From IMG/VR virus record IMGVR_UViG_3300045988_159706: a DNA stretch of 64,000 nt; one strand, written 5' to 3'. A program made the translations under genes and the position numbers. Shown here piece after piece: positions 46,607 to 57,017 of the stretch. The DNA comes from a virus. Position 1 is the first letter of the stretch; every line of letters begins with the position of its first letter. The notes under the pieces are model-generated. The model had not been told where the DNA came from and did not search any database. It was given only the letters and a program-made list of their open reading frames with translations.

Positions 46607-47498
46607 GATGATCGTACTTCAAGGCTGTCCTGCTTCAGGTAAAAGTACCTGGGCTAAAGAGTTTATAAAGGATAAGCCTAACTGGGTAATTGTATCCAGA
46701 GATGAAATTAGAGAGGGAACTGGTAAATATTGGGTCCCATCTCGTGAAAATTATATTTCTGATATTGAAGAATTTTCTATTAGAGCAGCTATTAATCGTA
46801 ACTTAAATGTTATTGTAGATGCCACTAATCTTAATCAGAAAACTATTGATAAGTTAACTAAACTCGCTACTGAACTAAAGGTAGACATAGAGTTTAAAAA
46901 GTTTGTTATTTCATTCAATGAAGCTTACTGGCGTGATACGAAAAGGACTCGTAAAGTAGGACTGGCAGTATTACGTAGGTTCTTTAATACATATTTTCCT
47001 GATATGTCTCAGGAAATTGTAAACCAAGAAAAGGAATCTCCAGCTAAAGAAAGATTTATTCTTAAACAAGATGAAACTCTTCCTCATGCTATTATTTGCG
47101 ATATTGATGGAACTTTATCATTAATGAATGGAAGAGGTCCGTTTGAGTATCATCGAGTAAATGAGGATCTTCCAAATAATCCTGTCATTGATTTAGTTAA
47201 CTCTTTATCAAAGATGTATCAAATTATTATTGTTACAGGTCGTGAAGATACCGAAGTATGTAGGAAAGAAACTCTTAAATGGCTGAATAGATATTTAACA
47301 TGTAGCGATTTTTTATTCTATATGAGAAAAGAAAAAGATTATAGAAAGGATGCTATTGTTAAGACTGAAATTTATAATGAACATATTAAAGATAAATATT
47401 GTGTAGCTGCGGTATTCGACGACCGAGACCAGGTTGTGAACGATTGTTGGAGAAAGCTAGGATTACTATGTAATCAGGTTTGGAAAGGAGATTTTTAA
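46599..47498 (+). CDS. Polynucleotide kinase / 3'-phosphatase (Pnkp-like)
   Basis: N-terminal P-loop VLQGCPASGKSTWAKEF, followed by a HAD phosphatase with CDIDGTL (DxDGT) and VFDDRDQV. Confidence 0.8.
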   Translation: MSKMIVLQGCPASGKSTWAKEFIKDKPNWVIVSRDEIREGTGKYWVPSRENYISDIEEFSIRAAINRNLNVIVDATNLNQKTIDKLTKLATELKVDIEFKKFVISFNEAYWRDTKRTRKVGLAVLRRFFNTYFPDMSQEIVNQEKESPAKERFILKQDETLPHAIICDIDGTLSLMNGRGPFEYHRVNEDLPNNPVIDLVNSLSKMYQIIIVTGREDTEVCRKETLKWLNRYLTCSDFLFYMRKEKDYRKDAIVKTEIYNEHIKDKYCVAAVFDDRDQVVNDCWRKLGLLCNQVWKGDF

Positions 47499-47499
47499 T

Positions 47500-47763
47500 A
47501 TGACTGTTGATGAATTTAATGATAAATGGAAGAACCATTTAGAAGAAGGATTTGAAGGATTGGAGTTTAGTGATGCTGAAGGGAAGGTTGTGGATTGGTT
47601 AGATAAACATTTTGTTTTATTTGAATTAATAAATCCAGAGTTTACTTATGCGCAAATTAAACTCAAATTTGGAATGGCCAGAGTATATCTTCAAGGGCTT
47701 CCTAGTACATGTGCACAAATAGCAGAAGATGCAATAAATAAAATTATGAAATGCAAACTTTAA
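47500..47763 (+). CDS. Hypothetical protein
   Basis: 87-aa ORF with TAA stop, followed by a hairpin. Confidence 0.55.
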   Translation: MTVDEFNDKWKNHLEEGFEGLEFSDAEGKVVDWLDKHFVLFELINPEFTYAQIKLKFGMARVYLQGLPSTCAQIAEDAINKIMKCKL

Positions 47764-47786
47764 TTAAATTATATCAGATGCTTTAT

Positions 47787-47824
47787 ATAGGAGTATGTAG
47801 GATGAATTACTACATTACTCCTAT
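47787..47824 (+). terminator. Stem-loop after the RNA-repair operon
   Basis: ATAGGAGTATGTAG ... CTACATTACTCCTAT forms a 14-15-bp arm with one bulge and a 9-nt loop. No clear T tract. Confidence 0.4.
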
Positions 47825-47856
47825 ATATGAGCCTATTCTATTATTTATTAGTTCTT

Positions 47857-48144
47857 ATGTCTAAGAATATTCCTGATAGCTGTTGAGATAATGATCCTTC
47901 AGCACCTTGGAATGATATACAAGTAACTTATAATTATAGGTTATATGTAAATCTCGATGGTATTCTATTTGCTTCCAAAATTATAAGAGAAGTAACTACA
48001 TTTAGTCACTTTGAAATCAAATCTCCAGATGATTGGACTTTTCTTGAAAATGATATTTATCAAGTTATAGAAGATAATCTTGGGGATGAAATTAAGGAAT
48101 GTAACTACAAGATTGACTTACTAAACTGAAGCTATAATGAATAA
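47857..48144 (+). CDS. Hypothetical protein (95 aa, two in-frame TGA)
   Basis: MSKNIPDSC-W-DNDPSAPWNDIQVTYNYRLYV...DLLN-W-SYNE with TAA at 48142-48144. Confidence 0.45.
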
Positions 48145-48307
48145 ATATGTAATTGTAGAATGACCAGATATTCAATTTTTAATGACTGAATCTGGTTTTA
48201 ACGAACATGCCTGTCTTATTAATGATGATGAATGAGTGTCTAAATATGGTTCTTCTGCATACTTTGTTGAAGAAGAATGATTAAATAGAATATCATATGA
48301 AAGCTAA
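48137..48307 (+). CDS. Hypothetical protein (56 aa, three in-frame TGA)
   Basis: MNKYVIVE-W-PDIQFLMTESGFNEHACLINDDE-W-VSKYGSSAYFVEEE-W-LNRISYES with TAA stop. Confidence 0.4.
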
Positions 48308-48491
48308 AGTTAAAGGATTTGATCTTGAAGTTGAACCAATGACAAAATATGATTATAATAATTGTATTTTGAAACTTCAAGTACAACATAGAGAAAATAA
48401 GAGAATCAATGGATTCTATTGCAACTGGAATGGTTATAAGTTCTGAATAGATGAAATTGACTTTAACAAGATATATACCATTGAAGAGTAA
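48297..48491 (+). CDS. Hypothetical protein (64 aa, one in-frame TGA)
   Basis: MKAKVKGFDLEVEPMTKYDYNNC...YKF-W-IDEIDF... with TAATG coupling to the polymerase start. Confidence 0.4.
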
Positions 48492-50482
48492 TGATATATT
48501 TAGTTACTAACGCTCCAGCTTTAATTCAATCTACTAAGTATACATGCATTTCTGTCAAGGAAGCTTTAGGTATGCTGGAGAAATTAAAGATTGTTGGTGT
48601 AGATACTGAAACTGAAGGTTTTGATGTCTATACTAAAAAACTATTATCTCTTCAATTAGGATGTTTTGATTTCCAAGTAGTTATTGATTGTACTACAGTT
48701 AATGTTTTACTATTTAAGGATTATTTGGAGTCGGAACGACTATTTCTTTTTTGAAATGCAAAGTTTGACTTAAAATTCTTATATTATTATGGAATTATTC
48801 CAAGATATGTTTGGGATGGCTATCTTGCAGAAAAATTAATGTGGCTAGGATATCCTTCTGGTATGCATGGAATGAGTCTTAAAGATGCAGGAATAAATTA
48901 TCTTGGAGTAGAACTGGATAAGACTGTTCGAGGTCAAATTATAAATAAGGGTTTAACAGAAGATGTTATAGTTTATGCTGGAACTGATGTTAAATACCTA
49001 GAATCTATAATGGAGAAGCAAAAAGAAAAACTTAAAGAACAGGGTCTTCTTGATGCTATCCGTGTTGAAAACGCATTTGTTAGATGTTTAGCTTATATAG
49101 AATTTTGTGGAGCTAAAATTGATCCAGAGAAATGGAAAAAGAAACTGGAGAATGATTCTAACTTATGTGAAGATTTAATCTGTCAACTCAATAAATGAGT
49201 TGAAGATAATATGGGAGGTAAGTATACAACTGTAAATAGACAAGGTGATCTATTCGATGGATTTGATACTCGTCCCAGATGTCATATTAATTGAAAGAGT
49301 GCACAACAAGTAATTCCTCTTTTTGAAGATCTTGGTTTAAATCTTTCAGTAATTGATCCTAAGACCAAACGTCCAAAAAAGTCTACTGATATTAAAGTTA
49401 TAGGACCACAAGCTTCTAAAAGTCCATTAATTCCTATATTTATGGAGTATAAGAAAGCTGCGATTTTAGTAGATACCTTTGGTGAAAAGTTTTTAGATCT
49501 TATAAACCCAAAAACTGGACGCATTCATGCTAATTTTAACCAGTTAGGCACTGATACAGGCCGATTGAGTTCAACTGATCCGAATCTCCAGAATCTTCCA
49601 AGTGATGCTTTGACTCGCTCCTGCTTTATAGCAGAGCCAGGAAACAAGTGGATCTCAGCTGACTATTCTGGGCAGGAAAGTTTCCTAATGGCTTCTATTG
49701 CTAATGATAAAGCTATGCTTGACGAATTAGTGAATGGTTCAGGAGACTTACATAGCCTAACTGCTAAAATGGTATTCCTTGAAATTCCAAGAGACACTCC
49801 ACTTAAAGCAATTAAAACAAAGTATCATCATCTGAGAAAAGAAGCAAAGGGCTATGAATTCTGTTTTAATTATGGAGGAATGGATAATACTCTTGTTAGA
49901 AATTATGGAATTTCTGAAGAGCGGGCCAAAGAAATCTATACTAACTACATGGAGGGTTTCTCAGGACTGAGAGACTATCAAAAGTTTAGAAGAAAGGATG
50001 TAATGGAAAAAGGATATATACTTTTAAGTCCAATTACTGGGCATAAAGCATATATCTATGACTTTGCTGAACTTAAACGCCTCTGGAAAAAACAATGTGA
50101 GAAAGGATTCTGGGAGTATTATAGAGAAATGAAACGAGATGCCCCAGACTGTGAAACTGTACAAAATGTTAGAAAATTAGCAAAAAGACGTGCAGAATCT
50201 GAAAAGCAAAGTATTAATTATCCAATACAAGCTGCAGGAGCATTGTGTTTTAAGTATGCATCTGTCTTTTTATTCAAATATCTACAAGAGCATGACCTGC
50301 TGTTTAAAGTAAAATATTGTATACCTGTACATGATGAGATTAATCTTGAGGCTCCTGCGGAGATTGCAGAAGAGATAGGAAAAGTTCTTGTACAATGTAT
50401 GGAGAAGGCTGGTGCAGTATTTTGTAAAAGAGCTAAGCTTAGTGCTGATTTAACTATTGGAGATTATTGGATACATGAATAA
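48491..50482 (+). CDS. Family A DNA polymerase with 3'-5' exonuclease domain
   Basis: Three track ORFs, all in frame 2, are joined by TGA at 48752, 49196 and 49292. VGVDTETEG (Exo I), F-W-NAKFDL (Exo II), YAGTDV (Exo III), ADYSGQESFLMA (motif A), RKEAKGYEFCFNYGG (motif B) and PVHDEINLE (motif C). Confidence 0.85.
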
Positions 50483-50735
50483 AATATATGAACTAGTCTT
50501 CTATTGGGAAGATATATACAATGGTTGTGAAATTACTGAAACTATATTAACAACTAGTCGTGAACGTGTTGAAGCGGAAATAGAAGGTTTTAGAAACCGC
50601 AATTTAAAAAATAGAGGTGAGGAAATTAAGCCTTCGCACAATCATTACATCTATGCGTATAAAAACAACAATGTTAAAACATTTATAGACGGTTGGTCAA
50701 ATCTTAAAATATTTGAGCATGATAAAATTAATTAA
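50457..50735 (+). CDS. Hypothetical protein
   Basis: 92-aa ORF overlapping its neighbours. Confidence 0.5.
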   Translation: MEIIGYMNKIYELVFYWEDIYNGCEITETILTTSRERVEAEIEGFRNRNLKNRGEEIKPSHNHYIYAYKNNNVKTFIDGWSNLKIFEHDKIN

Positions 50736-50979
50736 ATTTGGGGCTTCATATTGTGCGCCCTGTCGCGCTATGATGCCTATTCTTGAAGAACTCAAAAATA
50801 AGATAGAAATAGAAGATATCGATGTGGATGAAGTAGATCCTATTGTGTTAACTAATTATAAAATTAGAAACATTCCTGTACTTGTTTTAGTTCAGGATAA
50901 TAAGGAAGTTTGGAGGCACGTAGGAAGTATTTCTAAAGTAGAATTAGAAGAGAAAATTAAAGAATATGAGGCTAATTAA
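50713..50979 (+). CDS. Thioredoxin/glutaredoxin-like redoxin
   Basis: KFGASYCAPCRAM is the CxxC active site. NIPVLVLV is a cis-Pro-like region. 88 aa. Confidence 0.7.
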   Translation: MSMIKLIKFGASYCAPCRAMMPILEELKNKIEIEDIDVDEVDPIVLTNYKIRNIPVLVLVQDNKEVWRHVGSISKVELEEKIKEYEAN

Positions 50980-51418
50980 ACCATCTTTTGAAATACTTGA
51001 GCAGGAACCAGGTATTCAAGGAATATATAAGCAAATTGAGAGAGCAGGGAGAACATGCTATAAATCAGAGGATCATATTACAGAAGACTCAGCAGAGAAA
51101 TTTGTTAATATGATTAAGGATAGACAGCATACTGCTATGCTTGAACATGGCACTGTATATCTTTATATTCATAAGGATCATGCTTACAATGTAATAGGTG
51201 ATAATTGGGTAACTGAACAATACCTTTCTAATTCTTACTCAGTTATTAATACAGATTCTTATGGTAATTATCATATCACAACTAATTACAGAGTTTTATA
51301 TGAAAATGACTGGCTTGACGATTTAAAATATCTCTGTGAACCTACTGAATATCATGAAAAACGAATTACAGTAAAGTTTATTTGTGATCGTGGTGTGTCT
51401 CATGAGTTTGTAAGGCAT
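50966..51418 (+). CDS. thyX: Flavin-dependent thymidylate synthase ThyX, exon 1
   Basis: Ends ...DRGVSHEFVRH with the last exon base T (51418). Standard translation runs into the intron and stops 7 codons later. Confidence 0.8.
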
Positions 51419-51812
51419 AAAATACTTTGTGTCGCATAATAGTAATATTATGAAAAATAAACTCCGTGAATTGCTGGAAAGCTAAACATAAAATGCATGC
51501 TAATCAGCAGCCAAGCACACCTTTAACAAAGTGTGAAGGTTCAGAGACTAACTAATGAAACTATGATAAAATATATTTTTAATTATATATGGTATTTAAT
51601 CCAATTACCTATTTATTTTATACTAATGTGTTGTGTATTTACAATACCATTGGCAGCTATGCTATGGGGATTTGAATTAAAAGGACCAGATAAACCTCAT
51701 AGAATATAATTTAGACACGAGTGCGGAGCATCCAGAAATGGATGATGATATAGTCCGATACTCCTCTGAAAAGAGGAGAGTATAAGATAAAGAGCTTATA
51801 CATAACAAATTG
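51419..51812 (+). mobile_element. Group I intron (394 nt, no homing endonuclease ORF) interrupting thyX
   Basis: Splicing U51418 | ... G51812 | AGA restores VRH-RVFSFAQESTRY, the ThyX RHR..S...ES.RY signature. The core segments CTCCGTGAATTGCTGG, CACGAGTGCGGAG, GATATAGTCCGA and GTATAAGATAAAGAGC recur in the second intron at 54919-55174. Confidence 0.75.
51563..51709 (+). CDS. Possible 48-aa hydrophobic ORF inside the thyX intron
   Basis: MIKYIFNYIWYLIQLPIYFILMCCVFTIPLAAMLWGFELKGPDKPHRI occupies the AT-rich peripheral insertion of the intron. There is no support beyond the ORF itself. Confidence 0.2.
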   Translation: MIKYIFNYIWYLIQLPIYFILMCCVFTIPLAAMLWGFELKGPDKPHRI

Positions 51813-52265
51813 AGAGTATTTTCCTTTGCTCAGGAAAGTACCCGTTACTGTAATTATAGCAAAAATAAGTTTGGTAATGAACTTACTTTTATTATTCCTT
51901 ATTGGACAAATATTCCAGAAGGACAAAGTTATTGGCATGATGGCATTGGGTATCGTGTAGGAGCAGATATTCAAAATAAAGATTTTGGATATATTGAGAA
52001 GTCTTCAAACTATTTTAATTTCTTATCTTCTTTAGAAGAATCAGAAAAATGTTATCTTAGACTATTAAATGAAGGATGGGTTCCTCAACAAGCTCGTTCT
52101 ATACTTCCAAATTCTCTCAAAACAGAGTTAGTAATGACTGGAACCGTTGAACAGTGGAGAGGATTCTTTAAACTTAGAACTGATAAAGCAGCTCATCCTC
52201 AGGCTCAGGAACTAGCTATTCCTTTAAAAGAAGAATTTAAACAATTACATTATATAAATGACTAG
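51813..52265 (+). CDS. thyX: Flavin-dependent thymidylate synthase ThyX, exon 2
   Basis: Begins RVFSFAQESTRYCNY and continues ...ARSILPNSLKTELVMTGTVEQWRGFFKLRTDKAAHPQAQE (ThyX C-terminal R.....a..Ei block). TAG stop. Confidence 0.8.
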   Translation, partial: RVFSFAQESTRYCNYSKNKFGNELTFIIPYWTNIPEGQSYWHDGIGYRVGADIQNKDFGYIEKSSNYFNFLSSLEESEKCYLRLLNEGWVPQQARSILPNSLKTELVMTGTVEQWRGFFKLRTDKAAHPQAQELAIPLKEEFKQLHYIND

Positions 52266-52548
52266 ATTAGAATTTTCAGAAATGTATCCCTACGTTGTAG
52301 ATGGTTCCAGAAGAAGTGCAATTTTTGGAGAAAAGAAAGCACTTCTTGTTAAAATTTTACAGCAGGGATCTCCAGTATATCAAGATACCTTTTATTATGG
52401 CCATACAGAAGAATCAGACCATTTTAAGGAAGTAACAGTTGATGATATTGACAATATAGCTGGATGGAGAGATTGCCATTATTACACTCTATATACAGAT
52501 AAACAGGGTAATAGTGCTTGGATTTTATCAGGAGGAAGATACGATTAA
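52258..52548 (+). CDS. Hypothetical protein
   Basis: 96-aa ORF with TAA stop. Confidence 0.55.
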   Translation: MTRLEFSEMYPYVVDGSRRSAIFGEKKALLVKILQQGSPVYQDTFYYGHTEESDHFKEVTVDDIDNIAGWRDCHYYTLYTDKQGNSAWILSGGRYD

Positions 52549-52565
52549 TATGGAGACAAATAAAT

Positions 52566-53687
52566 ATGGATCTGATTAAAGCTTGTAAACAACTTGTAGT
52601 TAAAGATCCTTTTTATGGTTTATTTCTATTATCTTTAAATAAATATTATTCTAAAGATGATGCAACAGCATGAGTTGCAAGAAACGGGATTAACTATGAA
52701 TTATGTGTTAATCCCGATTTTTGAGAAACTTTAACTGATGATGAACAGCTTGGAGTATTGAAGCATGAATTGTTACATATTGCATTTAAGCATTTATTGA
52801 TGCAAGAGTCTTTTAGTGACAAAAAATTATTTAATATTGCTGCAGATGCAGAAGTAAATCAATATATTGATGTTCTTCCAAAAGATGCTATTGATATCAA
52901 AAATATTGATCCCATGCTTCCTCCAAAAGCAGGAACCAAATACTATTATGAATACCTTTATAAAGATAAGAAAGACTCCTCTGGGGGGCCGAAAAACCAT
53001 AATCATTGAAAGGATTTTTCTGATTTATCAGACGCAGAAAAAACTTTAATTAACAATCAAACTGACCACATTGTAAAACAGGTTGCAACTCAAGTAATTA
53101 AATCTAGAGGAACTATTCCTTCCGAGCTGAAAGAATATGTGGATAAATTGTTTAAGATAAAACCTTCTATATTTAACTGGAAGGCCTATTTTAGACGACT
53201 TTTAGGATTTGCTATTGATGTCTTTGTAAAAAAGACACATCGCAAAGTATCTAAACGGTTTGAGGGAGCTGCGGGTATTAAACTAAAACATAAACATGAT
53301 ATTTTAGTTGCCATTGATACCTCTGGTTCTGTTAGTACTAAGGAGTTAAAAGATTTTATTAGTGAGATTTATCACATCTGGAAAGCTGGGGCAGGTGTTG
53401 ATGTAATTGAGTGCGACGCTAGAATACATAGAATATATCCATTCAAAGGGACTTTTGATGGTACATTCACTGGTAGAGGAGGTACAGACTTCAAACCTGT
53501 TATTGACTACTACAATCAATGTAGAAAACAATACTCTACTTTAGTATTCTTTACAGATGGCTATGCACCTACAGATACTTTTAAAGTAATGAAGCAGATG
53601 ATCTGGGTAATTACCTCTAATGGTAATAGAAATAATCATTATCCAGGTTACAGTATGTTTATCCCATCTGATAATGGAGCTGAATAA
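52566..53687 (+). CDS. Putative metallopeptidase-like plus vWA-like domain protein (DUF2201-type partner of MoxR ATPases)
   Basis: ATG at 52566 with three TGA read through. All pieces are in frame 0. LKHELLHIAFKH is an HExxH motif. LVAIDTSGSVS is MIDAS-like. VFFTDGYAP. Confidence 0.7.
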
Positions 53688-54096
53688 AGTTAATTTAGAA
53701 GAATTTAAAACTATATTTCAATATATTATTGAGAATAACAAACGTTTAGTGGAAGTTGGAAAAATTCCCACTGCAATTTCATTGGAAGCCGATTCAGGAA
53801 TTGGAAAGACTTCGATAGTCATGCAATTGGCTAAAGAGCTTGATATGGACTTTATAAAGATCAATTTATCTCAACTAGAGGAGCTTGGAGATCTGGTTGG
53901 TTACCCAATTAAGGAATATTACGTATGTTCTGATGATGGAGAATGTAAATGGGTATCAAGTGATATTCTTGCCTATTATTTACAAAATGGGTACAAAGTT
54001 CAGAACTTAACACGAATGGCATATGCCTCTCCAATGTGAACTCCAAAAGAAGAGAACGAAAATGGATGTATATTGCTTTTAGATGACTACTCGCGT
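53674..54096 (+). CDS. MoxR/AAA_5-like ATPase, exon 1
   Basis: Start at MELNKVNLEEF. EADSGIGKTSIVMQLAKEL is the Walker A motif. One TGA (SPM-W-TPKEE). CILLLDDYSR is the Walker B motif and ends at T54096. Confidence 0.7.
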
Positions 54097-55174
54097 AAAT
54101 AAAAATAAATATAATAATATTTGTATAGTCATCAAATAAGTATTATATTTGTATATAAAATAATATATAATATGATACATCTATTTTCAGAAAAAATTCC
54201 TACAAAATATAATATATCTGGGGTATACTATATTCAAATTGATTCCCATTCATATATAGGAAGTTCAAATCAAATTACTAGAAGACTCAGAGAGCATAAG
54301 AAAAAATTAATACACAATTATCATGATAATAAATTTATGCAAAGAGTCTACAATAAGTACAAAGATGGAGGTAAAATTTACTATCAGATACTTGAAGTTT
54401 GTAATCAAGATGAGCTAAAAACTAGAGAAAAATATTGAATTGATAAACTAAATCCAGATATTAATATTGTTAAGGATCCTACTATGGAGAATACGACTTG
54501 TTTATACAATACTGCTGGATCTAAACCAGTGTATCAATATTCATTAACAGGAGAATATATAGGTGAATTTCCTTCAACTAGTGAAGCAGGAAGACAACTA
54601 AATAAAAATTCTCGTATTATTAGTCAAGCAGCTTCGGATAATCCTATTTTTAAGTCTGCCCACGGTTATCAATGAAGTTATCACAAAGTTGATAGAATGC
54701 CTTGCTATGTTAACAATAGCAGTAAAGCAACAAATAGAAAAGTAGAAATTTTAGATACTGTTTCTGGACTAAGTAAAATTTATAATAGTATTGCGGATGC
54801 AGCAAGAAGTATTTGTGAACCTCAAGATAATTTTAATTCTATTTGTGCTTCTATATCAGTAGTTTGTCATAACAAAGGTAAATTAGTAAAGCATAGGTAC
54901 AAATGTAAATATTTATAAGTGCGCGAGTATAAAATTCCGTGAATCTGGGAAAATCCTAATAGGACAACCCTAATCCAAGCTTAGTAGAAATACTAAGAAG
55001 GATCAACGACTAGTAGATACTGTCTTAACAGGTGATGCTGAAGAGAATGAACTACCACGAGTGCGGAAGTATAACCTATATGTATCAACATTCAGTGGTT
55101 ATATAAGATATAGTCTGAACTATATAGAAATATATAGAAGTAAAGGATAAAGAGCCTTTACGATAACAATAATG
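54097..55174 (+). mobile_element. Group I intron (1078 nt) carrying a GIY-YIG homing endonuclease gene, interrupting the AAA ATPase gene
   Basis: Splicing U54096 | ... G55174 | GCT joins LLLDDYSR to ALPMFLQATMELI (AAA sensor region). The 3' part (54919-55174) shares TTCCGTGAATCTGGG, CACGAGTGCGGAAG, GATATAGTCTGA and GTAAAGGATAAAGAGC with the thyX intron. Confidence 0.75.
54172..54918 (+). CDS. GIY-YIG homing endonuclease (intron-encoded) with repeated NUMOD/IENR1-like DNA-binding modules
   Basis: ISGVYYIQIDSHSYIGSSNQITRRLREHKKK is GIY-YIG...R..H. TREKY-W(54436)-IDKLNP. The repeats KPVYQYSLTGEYIGEFPSTSEAGRQL and RKVEILDTVSGLSKIYNSIADAARSI follow. Three track ORFs share one frame. Confidence 0.8.
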
Positions 55175-55963
55175 GCTTTACCTATGTTTCTTCAAGCTAC
55201 AATGGAACTTATTGATCGAGGAGAATATATTTCATGGAAATTACCTAAGAATTGTACAGTAGTACTATCGTCTAATCCCGATAACGGAGAGTATAATGTT
55301 AGTACAATGGATAATGCTCAGAAAACTAGATACATTAACTTTGAAATAGACTTTGATGTTAATGTATGGGCTCGTTGGGCAGAAACGGATAAACTGGATT
55401 CTCGAGCTATTAATTTTGCTTTATTGTATCCAGAGATATTTGAGAAAGAAGGCAATGTACAAAAAATTAATCCTAGAAGTTATGTTACTTTTTGTAATGC
55501 TATTTCTGGTTTAAAGGACTGGAGTACTCCATCAAACTTAGCTATGATTCTCAATATTGCTAAGGGATGTTTTACATCTAAAGAGAATATTGTTGGTAAT
55601 TTATTTACCACATTTATTGCAAATAAATTAGATAAACTTATTGCTCCCAAAGATATGCTGTTTGAACCTTGGGATACTGTAAAAACTAAAATTAAGAGCT
55701 GTGTATATGATAGTAATGGATATCGTCCAGATATAGCTTCTGTATTATCTACAAGATTACTTAATTATAGTCTTTTATATTTTGGAGAGAAAGGTGCTAA
55801 GACTGAAGTAGTTCAAGACCGATTACTTGAGTTTATTAATTCTCCAGAACCTCTGTTAACTGAAGATTTACTGTTTCATCTAATTAAAACAATTACTACT
55901 AAATTTTCAGGAAGAGCTAATAAGTTAATTATGAATTCTAAAATTAGAGCTAAGATTTTATAA
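55175..55963 (+). CDS. MoxR/AAA_5-like ATPase, exon 2
   Basis: ALPMFLQATMELIDRGEYISWKLPKNCTVVLSSNPDNGEYNVSTMDNAQKTRY is the AAA lid/sensor region. TAA stop. Confidence 0.7.
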   Translation, partial: ALPMFLQATMELIDRGEYISWKLPKNCTVVLSSNPDNGEYNVSTMDNAQKTRYINFEIDFDVNVWARWAETDKLDSRAINFALLYPEIFEKEGNVQKINPRSYVTFCNAISGLKDWSTPSNLAMILNIAKGCFTSKENIVGNLFTTFIANKLDKLIAPKDMLFEPWDTVKTKIKSCVYDSNGYRPDIASVLSTRLLNYSLLYFGEKGAKTEVVQDRLLEFINSPEPLLTEDLLFHLIKTITTKFSGRANKLIMNSKIRAKIL

Positions 55964-55964
55964 T

Positions 55965-57017
55965 ATGAAGCTAAACGGAATTGATATTGCATTTCTTGTT
56001 CCTTGTCGTAGAAATAATGGAACATCCAATCTTTGTAAATGAAATATTTATCATTCTGAGAATTTTCGTTTCTCAACTAGAACTTCAATGGTTCTTCATA
56101 CCCCTGAAGATATGGCTACTGCATTATCTGACAAGATTACAGATCTGTCAGATGTAACTAAATTATATTTTGATTCAAGTTCAACATATCCAAGATTTAA
56201 AATTAGAGATACAGATTTTCAAAGGGTTATTAAAGTAGAAAGATGTGATGCTGCTATAATTCCCGATTCCATTAAGTACTATCCTGGAAGTGGAGAGTAT
56301 TATTTGTTTGAATACACTAAACCTGATCAAACTAAAATAATTTATAGTATTTGTCCAAAATTATTTGAGAATACTGATCCCTATATTTATAGCGAGGTTT
56401 GTTCATATGGAGCTGATTTTGTTGATGGAGTAAAAACTATAAATGTATTACCTAAAGGTTCTATTCCTATTTATGCAGGAAACCTCATATTTTGCGATGA
56501 GATTTATGTAGAAACAATCAATAATATAATTTCTGTATATCCTAAGTATGCAAAAGAAAGCACTCTTGATAAAATTGTTAATGGAACACTAGAAAGTGTT
56601 ACAGAAGAGAGTCTTCTGTCTTTGAATGATATGTTAGCATCCACGGATGAAACTACAGTTGAGTTGGGATTGAAAGTCTTACAAGGAATGAATGTTACAG
56701 AAAGCCCTGCTGCAGTAACTTGTCTACTATATGGGAATTTTTCTAATATAGTGAAAAATAAAGCAATGGGTACAACTGGGGTATCTCAAGTTTTTAAATC
56801 TCTGCGGATAGAAACAAGATATATACCATATGATACAATTTCTGGAATTGCCAATGCTCTAGAATTAAAAGTCTGGAAAGATGCTACACCAGAAGATAAG
56901 GCTTTAACTTATACTCTTTGTAGAAGTATGATTAACAACTTTTACAGAGAGAAGGATAGACAAGTTATGGATACACTTCATAAATTACCATTTAAAATCA
57001 AAACGTATGTCGACTAG
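55965..57017 (+). CDS. Hypothetical protein (350 aa)
   Basis: ATG at 55965 is in frame with ORF 56088-57017 through one TGA (NLCK-W-NIYH). Confidence 0.55.

Noticed and set aside
48491-50482. Introns or inteins as the cause of the split polymerase, primase, RNR, ligase and helicase genes
   Set aside because: In each case the pieces share one frame with no intervening sequence. The only interruption is a single TGA, and the residues flanking it form continuous family motifs. Only thyX and the AAA ATPase have real non-coding insertions.
51711-51974. Minus-strand ORF spanning the thyX intron/exon 2 boundary
   Set aside because: It crosses the 3' splice site and the conserved intron core and is antisense to the ThyX signature motif. 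It is a chance ORF.
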